Both the position numbers and the translations under genes were made by a program. 49,343 bases of DNA, taken from Jimgerdemannia flammicorona (lineage: Eukaryota). The stretch lies in assembly GCA_003990765.1 (NCBI GenBank), contig RBNJ01000031.1, positions 1 through 49,343 on the forward strand, given 5' to 3'. A model generated the notes under the pieces. That model was not told where the DNA came from and made no database searches. It saw nothing but the letters and a program-made list of their open reading frames with translations. Position 1 is the stretch's first letter; each line of letters begins with the position of its first letter. Of this stretch, positions 37,956 to 49,252 are shown piece by piece.

Positions 37956-39716
37956 TTAGAGATGGGAAAGAAGAGGGAGTATAGAGAGGGTAAGAGGGGA
38001 GGGAGGGATAAAGAGGAGAGAGAAGAGTAGAGTGAACAACAGACTATTCAACAGAAGCAAGCAGATCATGAATGATAGAAATAGGGAGGCATGATGATGG
38101 ACCATAAAGTTACCAAGAACCTGAATAGCAGATACCCAGTCAGAACAATGGGAGCAGCATAATGCAAGATGATGAGCCTCACCACAAATACATTCAAGAA
38201 GAGTATGATGAGGATGATTGGACAAGAAGTCAGGGAACTATTGGGAATGGGGAAAATATAAATAAACAATAGTTTGGAAAGGAGAAAGAGAAATGGAAAG
38301 GTTCAAAAAGGGAATACTAGTCTTACTGCACACCCAAGTAATAGAATAGTGGAGAGGGTAGATACCCAGAAATACACTAGGGATATCAATACCAGCAACA
38401 GCAAAGATGATAAAGTCATCAATGTATCAGCAAAAGAAGATATCCCCAGCCCAGAATGCAATAGAAAGAGGTGAAGAGAGATCACATAATACACACAGTT
38501 CATGGGCCAGGCCAATGAGGTTGGCAAGAGTGGAGACACAATTTGTTCCCATAGCAATACCAGAAGTCTGGTGAAAGGAGCCAAGAGCTGACTCAAAATA
38601 ATTAGAGCTGCAGATAAGGAGTATAAGCTCAATGATGGAAGCCAATGAGACCAGGGAGTCCAAAGGAAAGATAATGGAATCCAAGAAGTGAAGGCAATCA
38701 TCGATCTCATCAAAATAAATAGCAGTATAAAAGGAGGAGAAATCACCAGAGGCCAAATGGGAAAAATAGTGAATAGGCACAATGGTGGAGCAGAGAAGGG
38801 CAAGCTCCTGAGTATCATGAAGAATAGTATACTCAGGCCCAAGATGGTATTATAAGAGAGCTATCCAGGAGAGGAAGAAGCAGGATAACTACTTCAAAAT
38901 CTCAGTGGTAGGGGAACTATAAGCAGTCATAATGAGATGCCAAGCCAAAGTAGGCTTGTGAACTTTAGGAAGAGCATAGAAAACCAGAAGAGAAATATCT
39001 GGGGAGGACAAAGAGTCCTGGAAGAAGTTAAAAATGGGGTTCACAAATAGAGAATTCAAAAGTAATCTGGCATGAGCCAGAGAAACCTGAAGAAGAGTAA
39101 GAATCTCATCCAATCCAAGAGTGCTAGGCTTATAAGCCATGGCTTGGAAGAGGGCAGAAAGGCCATCAAGGTAGAGTGACTTAGGAATAAGTACAAAACC
39201 TTGATTCTTATCAGTGACTGTGAGCAAATGCATGAGCAATTGCTTGACTGATTTAAGCATGGTATGCATGGCATGGTCCAAAACTAAGTAAGAGCGAGCA
39301 TGTCTGGGAATGGACAGTGAGCAAGCCATGTTGAGGAATACACAGTGTGAAGAGACATTGAGAGGGGGGACCCAATTGCTGGGAACAAAATAGCAAGAGA
39401 GCATCTCACCATGATCTTGAAAGAAAATGGCAAGATCAAGAGCATAATGAAAACATATAAGATGAGCTGGATCAGTGAAGGAAAATTGTGAGAGAGTTAC
39501 AGGAAAAATGAAGTGAAGACCCAAGGATAAGGCAAAGACTTGAAGGGGAGAAAGGGGACAGTCAGTCAAAGAGAAAGGAGGACAAAAGTGTTCCAAGAGA
39601 AGAGTAAACCTGAAAGTTTGGGACAAGCAACTGGGAAAGGCAAAGGGGGGACAATATGAGGAACCACTCAGGGCACACCAGAAGCAATGATGGAATCTGA
39701 GAAGAGACAGGGACAT
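37956..39716 (-). pseudogene. Penelope-like reverse transcriptase
   Basis: TDKNQG, FYALPKVHKPTLAWHLI, GDFSSFYTAI, FHQTSGIAMGTNC, (R)YIDD, thumb SNHPHHTL...GEA(R)(R)LAL.CS. No GIY-YIG motif seen downstream. Confidence 0.88.
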
Positions 39717-39743
39717 TGGGGGAGAATTACACTGAGGGGAAGT

Positions 39744-41008
39744 TTAAGAGTAGGAGGCCTTCCCCTTTTTTTGAAGGCAGTGAATCTGACAAATGGGAGC
39801 ACACCCTATCAGAGTGCCAGACCTTGCAGCCACAGGTTTTCGTATAGCCCTTACATTTGGGGGCACAGGTAGAGGAGGCAGAGGAGGAACCAGCAGAGGA
39901 GGCTGAAGGTGAGTGAGCAGCTGAAGGGGTAGTAGTGCGAGGAATACCACCATGAGGACAGATGGACTTGGCCAGGTGCAGTAGGCACAGTGGAGGTGAC
40001 TGGAGTAGATAGCACAAGGCCAGGCCCTGACAGGGCAAGAACCAAGTTGGTGGCCATGCTTGGGGGCAGGGGGAATGGAGGAGGAGGCCTTGGCAGGAGA
40101 GGGAGACCAAGAAGAGGCCAATGAAGTCTGGTTGGGCTTGGTGGGGGTCTTGGTGGGGGTCTTGGAGGGGGCCTTGGCAGTGGTGGCAGTGAAGGAATGG
40201 ACCTCAGCATGAGCAGCAGTGTGAGCTTTGGTACGAATGGCCTTGGAGACTGAAACCTTGGGGGAGGCAGGCAGGGGAGCAGTGGCAGCAGCATGAGTAG
40301 CAGCAGCAGTACATAACATCTCCTGCTCATGAAGGCAAGCAACAAAAGAGGTACCAGCAAGGAGGAAATGACACACAGCATTGATGTCAGCAGCGACAGA
40401 AGGAATATCTTAGATGGCAAAGCCACAGAAGTGGGCAGTATCTAAGAGGCAAGAGGAGGCAAAGGCCATAAAGGCAGCACAGATATAGTGGAAGGAGGTG
40501 GAAGCAGTGGCGGCAGAAGCAGTGATAGCATCAGCAGCAGCAAGCTTGGCAGTGGCAGTGGCAGTACAAACCTCTTCAGAGAGAGCTTAGTGGCAGGCCT
40601 TGGGGAGAATGGAGTAGCAGATGGCAGGCAGAGCAATGATGTTGATGTTATGGTAGAGATGAGCCTCCTTGGCAGAGAGGGCAAGAACTGACTGGAACTG
40701 AGAGAGAAGCAGATGACCAGAGGGACAAAGGTCCAGGGGGAGGGAAAGGATGGTAGATGAGACATAGGACTCGAATGAGACAGTGGCAGGAGTAAAGACA
40801 GAAGGGGGAGGAGGAGGAAGAGCCTCATCCATAAGCTTGTCAATAAGGATGGAGGCCCTGAGGGCAGGCAGTACAGCAGAGGAGGAGGAAGGCCCAGTGA
40901 GAGCCAAGGGAGTGAACCCAGAGCCAGTGTCAAAGTGAATAGAAGACATGTGGAAAGGCATGTATAAGGGAGATAAATAAAGAATGTAACTGAAAATGCA
41001 TCAGCCAT
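39744..41008 (-). pseudogene. PLE ORF1 (Ala/Pro/Ser-rich, Cys/His cluster), frameshifted
   Basis: ATG at 41008 lies inside the pseudo-LTR, ~30 nt after TATATAAGG; fragments 40587-40961 and 39744-40376 (CPVRAWPCAIYSSHLHCAYC). Confidence 0.55.
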
Positions 41009-41697
41009 TTATTACCACATAAAAATGCAGTCCTTATATACAAAATATGATGTCCCAAAAGGGAGGGTGCACCACAACTTGGGGCAAACTGAATTAGGAA
41101 CCACATGATTACCAGAGATAGGCGGAGATAAAGAGGGAGCCAATCCCAGTTGCAGGATAAAAATTATAAATAAACACAAACAAAACAAATCCAAATCGAG
41201 ATTAAAAAACATCCACAGACCCCAGAGGGGTGAGTGTGAGCGAGGGGTAAGGCCAAAATGGAGTGAGCTACAGCGAGCCTGAGTGAAGCAAGGGACCAAA
41301 GGCAGCAGAGGAGAGTAGAGTAAGGCTGAGACCCCAGAGTGAGCATGAGACCCCAGAGGGGGTAAGGATGTTTTTTAATCTTGATTTGAATTTGTTTTGT
41401 TTGTATTTATTTGTAATTTTTATCCTGCAACTGAGATTGGCTCTCTCTTTATCTCTGCCTATCTCCAGCAGTCATATGGTTTCTAATTCAGTTTGCCCTG
41501 AGTTGTGGCATATCCTCTCTTTTGGAATGTCATATTTTATATATAAGGACTGCATTTTTACAAGGCAATAAATGGCTGATACATTTTCAATTATATTCTT
41601 TGTTCATCCCCCTTATACACACCTTTCCACATATCTTCCATTTACTTTGATACTGGCTCTGGATTCACTCCCTTAGCTCCTGCTGGGTCTTCCTCCT

Positions 41698-43730
41698 TAT
41701 AAGAGGGTTGCTTTTTAGAGTAACTATTATGTAGTTCTGGAAAGGTTTTGCTGGAAGTTCTGGATGTTCTGGAAGACTGTTTTCTTAAGGTCAAGATCAA
41801 TTTTATATGGAGTATGTCCTCTACACTTATTGAATACGAGATTGAGTTGACATCTCAACCAAAGTCCTTTTTTGGACTAGTTTTAGATATTTAGAATTTT
41901 CTATATTTCAGAAAGTTTAAGAAACTAAGACCAGCTTAGTTGAATTGGCATATTACTGCAAACAATACTCAATTAGGAAATTTCATAACAGGGTTAGGAG
42001 TAGGACCTAACAGGGAGCAGATTTACTTAAGAGTGGTTTGTGGGTTATTAAATAGGTTTATTTGCTATTCATGATATTGCTATACTAGAAGTAGTTGTGT
42101 AAAGGAATACTGTGGGAAGTACTCAGGAGTTGTGTTTGGATTATTCAAGTCTGAGATTCTGAGGTCTGGGGGAGGGGGTATTTATACTAGTGAGGGGCTA
42201 TCTGGACTATGCTAGATATAGATGTAGCACTAAGTGCCTTGCTAAATCAGAATACAGTTATGTAGTACAAGTGTAATCTGACATATCAAGAGATCATCTG
42301 ACTGCTGAGTCAGTTCACAGTTATATCGTACAAGGCTAATCTAATTATACTATGACTGCTAGGCTATTTATAGATTTAGATACTGTCTGAGTAGCCTTCA
42401 ATGATATCACCATCGATTACATCATTTCTGATGAAGTAGTCATCTAGGAAAAGTGGTTTGCAGATTACTTCTCCTTGTTTGCTGAGGTAATAATACATTA
42501 GAACTTTGTCTCCATCCTACAAGATAGCATTATCAGTCTTATATGCTGGGTAAGGTGTTGGTGGGTAAAGGAGGGGTATATCATCTTTACTTTCATCAGT
42601 TTCGCTATCTGCATATCTTCTATAGGTTACAGCACTATGAGTTGCAGAGTTGTAGTAAGCTGGTGGCTATAGTTCATGTTGCTCATACTCAGGTGGTAGA
42701 GTGGTTGGTTCAATCTTGAGGGTTGTTTGGAGGTATAGGTTATATTCTCCAGTCTCTTCATTATAGTTAAAGTAATCAGAGGTAAATGTGAGTTGGTATT
42801 CATGCCAGTGGTTATTGTCCCAATAAGTCTTGTATACTATTATGAATTGTTGTAAGTTCATTGGCAAGGTTGGTGGTGTGATCAGGGTTGGCAGGGATCC
42901 TTGGCTTGAGGTCATGTCAGCATCAGAGAGATCATTGTCTTCTACTTTGTCTTCATCAAAGTAGATTATATTGTAGACATCCTTCATGATGTATCTAACT
43001 TAGGACATTTGCAGGATATGATTATTGGAGTGTGGGAAGGTTCTGTCTGTGGTTTTGACATACTTAAGATACTTGTGGTTGAGTTTTTATATCATATTGT
43101 CAATTTGGCCATAGGATAGAGTAGTAACCATTTTAGCTATAGTAACTTGGAGGTGGAAAATAATAGTGCTATACTCATAGAAAAGTTCTCGATGTTTGCA
43201 GGCAATGAGTTTCTGGTGTTGAGATATCTGGGTAATGTCTATATCATGGTGGTGTTTAACCATGTCTTCTAGGAGGTAGCTGATCTGGTAGTAGCTTGAG
43301 ATTTGTCCAATTTGGTGGGCCTTGTTGAGCATGTTTAGGGCATTCCATCAGGCTTCCACGAAATAGAGGGGTGCCAGGCTATGGATATTCATAAGAGGCA
43401 GAGGAGAAGTGGCTCGGTTGATAATGGCATTCCAAATGTTAGTGCAGATACAGGTGTAGATCTCAGTGGTCATATTTGTGTGTTTGGAAGTTGTGGTTGT
43501 TGTTTGTTTTGGTTCTCTGGTTTGACACATATTGGTACTTGGTATATATGCATTTAGTCCTAATTAGTAAGATTCTATTTATGTGAATCTTGTATTCTGT
43601 GACTTCATATTGACTCAGCTTTGTGTGCTGTAACTTCGGTTTGACTCAGCTTCATGATCAAGCAGGTGATTTCTAGATTTGTTCAGAGGGTGACATGTGA
43701 TTTCAGTGGCTTGGAGGTTGTATGCTTATA
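41698..43730 (-). mobile_element. Solo LTR of family B (2033 bp), second copy
   Basis: TATAAG...CTTATA (decayed TG...CA); perfect 5-bp TSD CTCCT; colinear with 2613-4651. Confidence 0.92.
42667..43530 (-). pseudogene. LTR-B-encoded accessory ORF (~287 codons)
   Basis: ORF-track fragments 43348-43530, 43087-43332 and 42667-42987 are all in one frame, separated only by in-frame stops. Confidence 0.78.
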
Positions 43731-43928
43731 CTCCTCCTCAGTATTTTGAATAAATTACTTCTTCTATTTATCATAATAATAGTATTAATAGATATAGTAA
43801 TCAATTTTGTACTCATATCAGATTTTCAAATAGCTAGTAGCTTAATAGACCCTCTCAATGAGTTCTTAGCAGTTGAGGATAAAATATTTTAGATCTTAAC
43901 TAGTGAGATTAAGGATCTCTAAGTAGAG

Positions 43929-44170
43929 GTTTTTTTTTTTTTTTTTTTTTTAAAAAAGTTACTTAGACTCTCATATTTATTATCAATCCAATCTATACCA
44001 ACTATAATATAAAAATACACCACTCCTATTCAATCTCTCTGAGGAATTAAAGAAAACCACTTTTCTAATAGTCTGAATCTCAAAAGTTCTTTTTCTATAT
44101 TATAATCTAGATATAGCTAAAGAGGTAATTCATAAGACTTGAGAAGAGCTAGCTTTGGTGGGCTGTTTAA
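43929..44170 (-). mobile_element. Old LINE 3' fragment related to family L-2 (right boundary uncertain)
   Basis: PolyT followed by GTTACTTAGACTCT...TTTATTA, resembling the reverse complement of the 6507-6847 tail (AATAAA...AGAGTCCAAGTGAC). Confidence 0.4.
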
Positions 44171-44799
44171 TGATTATATTAAGGAGATATCTTTATTTTA
44201 CTAGAGTAATGTATAATACTTTATCTCTTTGTCTGGTATTTATATATTTTTACAGCTATTACTTTATATTAATTATAACTGCTTTCTGCTCTAATATATT
44301 TCTAATAACTATTTTCTTATTCTATTACTAGAAAAATAACTTGCTAGTATAAGCTGGACATATGTTAGTTAAATAGAAATAATTTGATAATACTAGATTT
44401 AGATTTCTTATTTTTGACTTTAAATAGAAAGTTGATCACTCTGTTAAGATATTGATCTCTAGACTATAGACTGAGAGTTTGAATCTAGTCTTATATGACT
44501 TCTGTAGTCACTAATAAGTACTATACAAAGTCAGTATAGTTACTATATATTTTTATACAATCCTCTGTATTCATTATTAGAAGATCTGAGAAAGTTCTTC
44601 AATAGAATAATCTTTTGCTAGTTATAGTATTCAATTGTTTTTTTTTTTTTTTTTTTTTGTTTTTTTTTTTTTTTTTTTGAGTTATTCTATATATTGTCCT
44701 CTATTAGTATTTATTATTAATATATTCTGAATAAAATATAAGTCCAATTTCTCTACTTGTCCTCCTTTTTACTATTCTAATTGATCTGAGAGTTTAGAG

Positions 44800-46500
44800 T
44801 TATAGTTTTCTCTTTTAATAGAGAGTAAGAATATCTATATATTTTTGAGAATTTTTTCCTTTTTCCAGATTGTATTATGAGTAGAGTAACTCTTCTACCT
44901 AATTAGGAAAAGCTACTTGACTGTTTTGATATATTGTCTGATTTTGTAATTCAAGATTTCATCAACTTTAAATTTTTCATAGTTATTGATCTTAACTAAG
45001 AGTAGTGGTAGTAGTATACTTAGAGAATAGATTATTATAGAAATCTACCTATTAACTGATATAGAATACTAGATATATATAGATATTGTAGAGAAGTTTT
45101 AACTTATAGTTGATTTTATTGATATTTTTCAGGATTTAGTAAGATCTAATTCTTCTGACTTAAAGCTTCTTCAATAGTTACTATATTAGAGTATCTGGGT
45201 ATAGGTCATCTATCTTGAGTATGATCTGGTCTCTAATATCATAGGAGATCTCTCTTCACTTCTAGTTGGTATACTTGGACTAGTAGTTCTGTACTTCTAT
45301 AAGTATATCTCAGACTATTCTTGTAAAGTCAGAAATAGTCTTAACCAAATCTTATACTATAAGAACTAGTAATTTTATAGTTATGCTAAATATTCTTGAG
45401 TACTGACCATAATTCAGAAAGAATGGGATCTTCTTTATAAAGATCTACTGGCTGTTATTGTAAGTAAATTCTGTATAAGCTAAGTACTTATTTCAATTAT
45501 TCTACTTATAATAGTAAAAAATACTAAGTATTTACTTGAGGGTTCTATTGATGTATTTATTCTAACTATCTATCTAAGTGTAATAGATTGTTGAAAACTT
45601 TAGCTTTATTCTATAGAGGGCAAGGAATGTCTTCCAAAAGTTGCTAGTGAACTTAGTATCTCAGTCAAATATAATGATATATAATATATTATACAATCTA
45701 AACACCTGGTTCAGGAAAATCTCAGCTATCTCAGATACAGTTACAGTAGTCTTTACAGGTACAAAATAGGCTTGTTTTCTAAGATTGTCTACAAATACCA
45801 CTATAGTATTCCATCTTGCCTAAGTCTTGAGTAGTTGGACAATAAAGTCTATAGTAATCTGGTTTTAATTATAAGAGAGAATTGGTAGTAGTTATAAGAG
45901 CCTGGCTAATAGCTTATTACTATTTTTGAACCTTTAGTATCTATTGTATGAGACTATAAAGATCTTGATATTCTTGGTTATCTTAAGCTAGTAGAATTCT
46001 TTAGAGATGAGATTATAGGTCTTTTTAAATTCAAAATATTTTACTATAAGAGTATTATATAGTTTCTATATAAACTTAAGATAGAGAGTATTATTTCTGG
46101 ATACTATTACTCTTTTATAGTCTTAGTAAATAAGTCTATTCTAATAGGTGAACCTTTTGACCACATTTAGATATCTCAGTCTCAGAGTCTTAAAAGTACT
46201 AGAAGAAATTCAATAGTGAGCTTTCTTGCTGGTAACTATCCTTAATCAGTTAGGTAAGATTATTAATGACTTTAATCATAAATATAATTTCATCTTCTAT
46301 ATATCTTGAGAAACTATTAGCTACTCAGTTGATCTTATCTAGAATATACATGATTTCTATATTAAAGGAGATAATGATTTCTATCTATCATACTTATCTA
46401 TAGATCAGTATTGGCTGAGTATAGATATATCTGAGAGCTATATCCTCTTCCTGATATATCTTACATTATACAAATACATATTACTTACTTTTATACTATT
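44800..46500 (-). pseudogene. Heavily mutated chromoviral Gypsy pol fragment (RH end, integrase, chromodomain)
   Basis: SFNIEIMYILDKIN.VANSFSR; ITIDFIVQLLKT.ARWNTIVVFVDNLRKQAYFVP; chromodomain-like KVDEILN...FLIR.KSYSTHNTIWK. Confidence 0.72.
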
Positions 46501-46549
46501 TTTTAGAGAAATATCTTAAGAATATATCCTTAAATCAGAGTTCTATAGA

Positions 46550-48560
46550 GTGTACTAGACAAGGTGACCCCAGTATATTCAGCTGATAGTATGTGGAAAG
46601 GAATTAGAGAGCAGATTTGGGGATGCCAAGCAATTCATCAGGAGAAAGAGGGGGCAGCAGTAGAGGAGGAGGAGGTCTGGTACCATTAGAGGGAAAGTAG
46701 TTGACCTTTGCTGATAAGATCAAGATAAGAGCTCAGACAACTGAACTAGATAGATAGCTGAAGCTGGGGAAAAGAAAGGCAGATGCTGGAGAGAAGGGGG
46801 GAGCCTTTCTGGGGGATTAGAGTAGGGAGACTAGCAGTGTAGTGGCTGAAGGAGTGACTGTTGATGAGAGTGTGATGGGCAATCTGAAAAAAAATCTAGA
46901 TAGAACTATTGATAGTAGACTGAGCTGTGGGAAGGGTATGAGGTCCAGTGACCTTATTAATGATATAACAGGCCTGGTGGTGGCCCTGTTACTCAAGAAG
47001 TTGATCTCAGAGTTTGTAGTTACTTTGTACTTCTGAAACTTGGGAGTGATAGTGAAAATGGTCTTGGGGCTTATTACTAAGTAGATAAATGATGCCGTAT
47101 CCATAAAGTTTCTAAGGGATCTAGAAGAGATAGAGATAGGCTTTGAGAAGACTGGACTATTAGAGGATGTACCAAAGACTGGGTTGATGGTTAGAGAGAT
47201 ATATGTCCTAATGATATACTGCTTGAGGTGAGATCCCAGAGTGGTACAGCTTCTGGTGAAAGGGGTTTCTATAGTGACTACTATGGAGACAAGGAGTAGA
47301 GTTGAGAAAGTCATGGCTGAGTATAGAGTGGTGATTGATGTAGGGTTCTGGGTCTGAGAAGAGATCTCCTTCTAGATAAAGAATGTTGATGTCTAGATTC
47401 AGTTGGCAGAGAGAGAGGCTACTGGGAAGGCTAGTGATTGACCTTCAGTGATAGTATGGAGAGCCTTTATATATAAGATGATAAGAGTGAAGAGGAGTGA
47501 GAAGGAGGAGAAGGACTTATTGAAGACACTAGAGGAGCTGAGTGATATAGTAGAGCAGAGGGCAAAGGCTTGGAAGACATATATGGAGTCAACATATTTA
47601 GAAATTATTGATGAGAGGAATGTCCAAATTAATAAGGAGCTGTGGGAGAGATCTCAAGGATGCAAGAGGTAGAGAGAGCTACTGGCAAACTTGGAGAAAA
47701 AGGCAAAGAGGATTATTAGTAGTATTAAGGATACTGGAGGAGCCAAAGTAGGTATCTGGGCCAGCAGAAGAAGAGGGAATATAGAGGTGAGTCTGGAGGA
47801 GACCAGGAAGGTACTGAGCAAGGACCTATATAAAGATAGTATGTATATTTGAAGTCTGGAAGGACACTCCTCCTTTTCTTATCAAGTGAGGTCCAGCAGC
47901 AAGAGATCAGATGGTAGAGGATATACCAATATATAGTGCCCAGTGAGTGTACTTTGGAGTTTCTGAGGTAGTGAAAGGGGATAGGTAGTGGCAGTTAGTA
48001 AGGATAAACTAGTAGATATCTCAGAGGAGAAGTAGAATGAGACTGCAAGTACTGGGACAGATACCTTAATATTGGAAGAAGAGAGGTCAGTGACTCTGAG
48101 TGGAAAGGAGGTAGGAAATATATAATAGATGTATAAGATGATGAACAACTTGGTAACTGAGGAGTTGGGAGAAGTAGACCTAAGGGTGATGAGTGATGAT
48201 CATTGGGCACAGATTCTATATGGTGACAGAGTGGTAGAGACTCTGAAGATGAAGGTGCTCATAGTTTTCTTAGAGGAGAAAGGATATGAGGTTGATAAGA
48301 TGAGAGAGGCAGAGCTGACAGTTGCTGCTAGTGAGCAGGCTGCCCTCTGGTGGACAGAACATCATAGATTATAGCTCTGATAGAAGGCCTGTCTGGAATA
48401 TCATGAGAACTTTGAGGAAAAGAAGGATGGGGAACTAGCTAAACTTCTAGTTAGATTGGAGGTGAAGAGAGTTGAAGAGGAGGAGGTAGCTATGGAATAC
48501 AACTTAGACTTGGCTCAGAATGAGATGAATGTAGAGTTGTAGAGGATGCATACAACTCTT
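46550..48560. mobile_element. Unclassified decayed, purine-skewed, CpG-depleted segment, probably TE-derived
   Basis: Short charged + strand fragments (47448-47672, 48129-48374); no diagnostic motif recognised. Confidence 0.3.
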
Positions 48561-48583
48561 AATATTATTTCTTATGAATAGTA

Positions 48584-48880
48584 TAGTGCTCCGAATGAAT
48601 GGAGTTGATCCGGATGAGATTCAATTCAGATTCGTCATGTGATGGATTCGAATCAACTCGGATTGGTCTCGTGATCTGATCCGGATTGATCTGGATTGAT
48701 CCGGATTGATCCATCCAGATTGATCCATCTGGATTGACCATCCGGATTGACCCATCCAGATTGACCCATCCGGATTGACCCATTCAGATTGAAATCTTTG
48801 GTGACGTCACCCTTTCTTTTGTTCATTTCGCTCTTGTTTTTTTTTCCTGCCACACTTTGGTAACATCACCCTTTCCTTTG
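48584..48880. mobile_element. Possible terminus of a hAT-like DNA transposon with subterminal repeats
   Basis: TAGTGCTCCGAAT start coincides with the switch to CpG-rich sequence and is followed by ATCCGGAT-type repeats. No partner end is in the window. Confidence 0.4.
48677..48792. repeat. Tandem 10-14-bp repeats (GATCCGGATT / GACCCATCCGGATT)
   Basis: About nine adjacent units are directly visible. Confidence 0.9.
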
Positions 48881-49053
48881 TTCCCTCTCTTTTCTTTGTT
48901 CTTTTTCTTTGTTCTTTCCTGCCGCATCACGAGCAAACAAAACAGCAGCCCTAAATTCATACGTTGGTCCAGTCTACTCATTTTTCACCCTGCAATGATT
49001 GTCAAAAGAGGGAGTATTTGAGGTGGAAATGCACTCTCTGCTGACAATGTTAG

Positions 49054-49252
49054 ATTCTTTCTCATATGGACAGCACACAAGCTGCTCATCGAGAGCCAAA
49101 GGGGTGATGGCGGTGGCGGTGGCGGTGGCGATGGCGATGGCGGGGATGAGGGAGAATTCCGGCAACAACTCACGGCAGCCCTTCAGACCTCGGAATTCAC
49201 AGACCTCACAGCTATGTACGCGGCAGCCTTTTTGGAGCAGCCGATAGTAGAT
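49054..49252 (+). CDS. Probable internal exon of a spliced gene (Gly/Asp-rich), unknown product
   Basis: Preceded by GCTGAC...TAG; reads FFLIWTAHKLLIESQRGDGGGGGGGDGDGGDEGEFRQQLTAALQ...PIVD; followed by a candidate intron GTAGGT...TTCCTCAG (49253-49312) and open frame YDPIHLVLFS. Confidence 0.35.

Larger units (their letters stand above)
36842..43739 (-). mobile_element. Penelope-like retroelement, apparently endonuclease-less, with direct and inverted pseudo-LTRs
   Basis: Direct repeats 36842-37749 (LINE-interrupted) and 40879-41380; inverted copy 41367-43739 (LTR-B-interrupted); PLE-type RT between them. Confidence 0.85.
35569..43775 (+). mobile_element. Short internally deleted Ty1/Copia-type relic with ~137-bp LTRs (3' LTR split by the Penelope-like element)
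   Basis: LTRs 35569-35705 and 36743-36841 plus 43740-43775 (TATTG...ATCATA from TG...CA). TSD ATAGT/ATAAT. PBS-like AGATTATGAGC (cf. GGTTATGAGC) and PPT-like TTGAGTAAGAG. Confidence 0.7.

Noticed and set aside
40879-41380. Hammerhead or HDV-like ribozyme in the PLE pseudo-LTR
   Set aside because: No CTGANGA...GAAA core found by eye and no convincing nested pseudoknot; needs an Infernal search on a de-mutated consensus.
36842-43739. DIRS/tyrosine-recombinase element, suggested by inverted termini plus an internal copy
   Set aside because: RT motifs (PKVHK, GIAMG, YIDD, HP...GE thumb) are Penelope-type; no RNase H or tyrosine recombinase is seen.
48999-49247. 82-aa ORF MSKEGVFE... as the real gene
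   Set aside because: Starts at a non-ATG codon and runs across apparent splice signals; the alternative Gly/Asp-rich frame fits the exon boundaries better, though also at low confidence.
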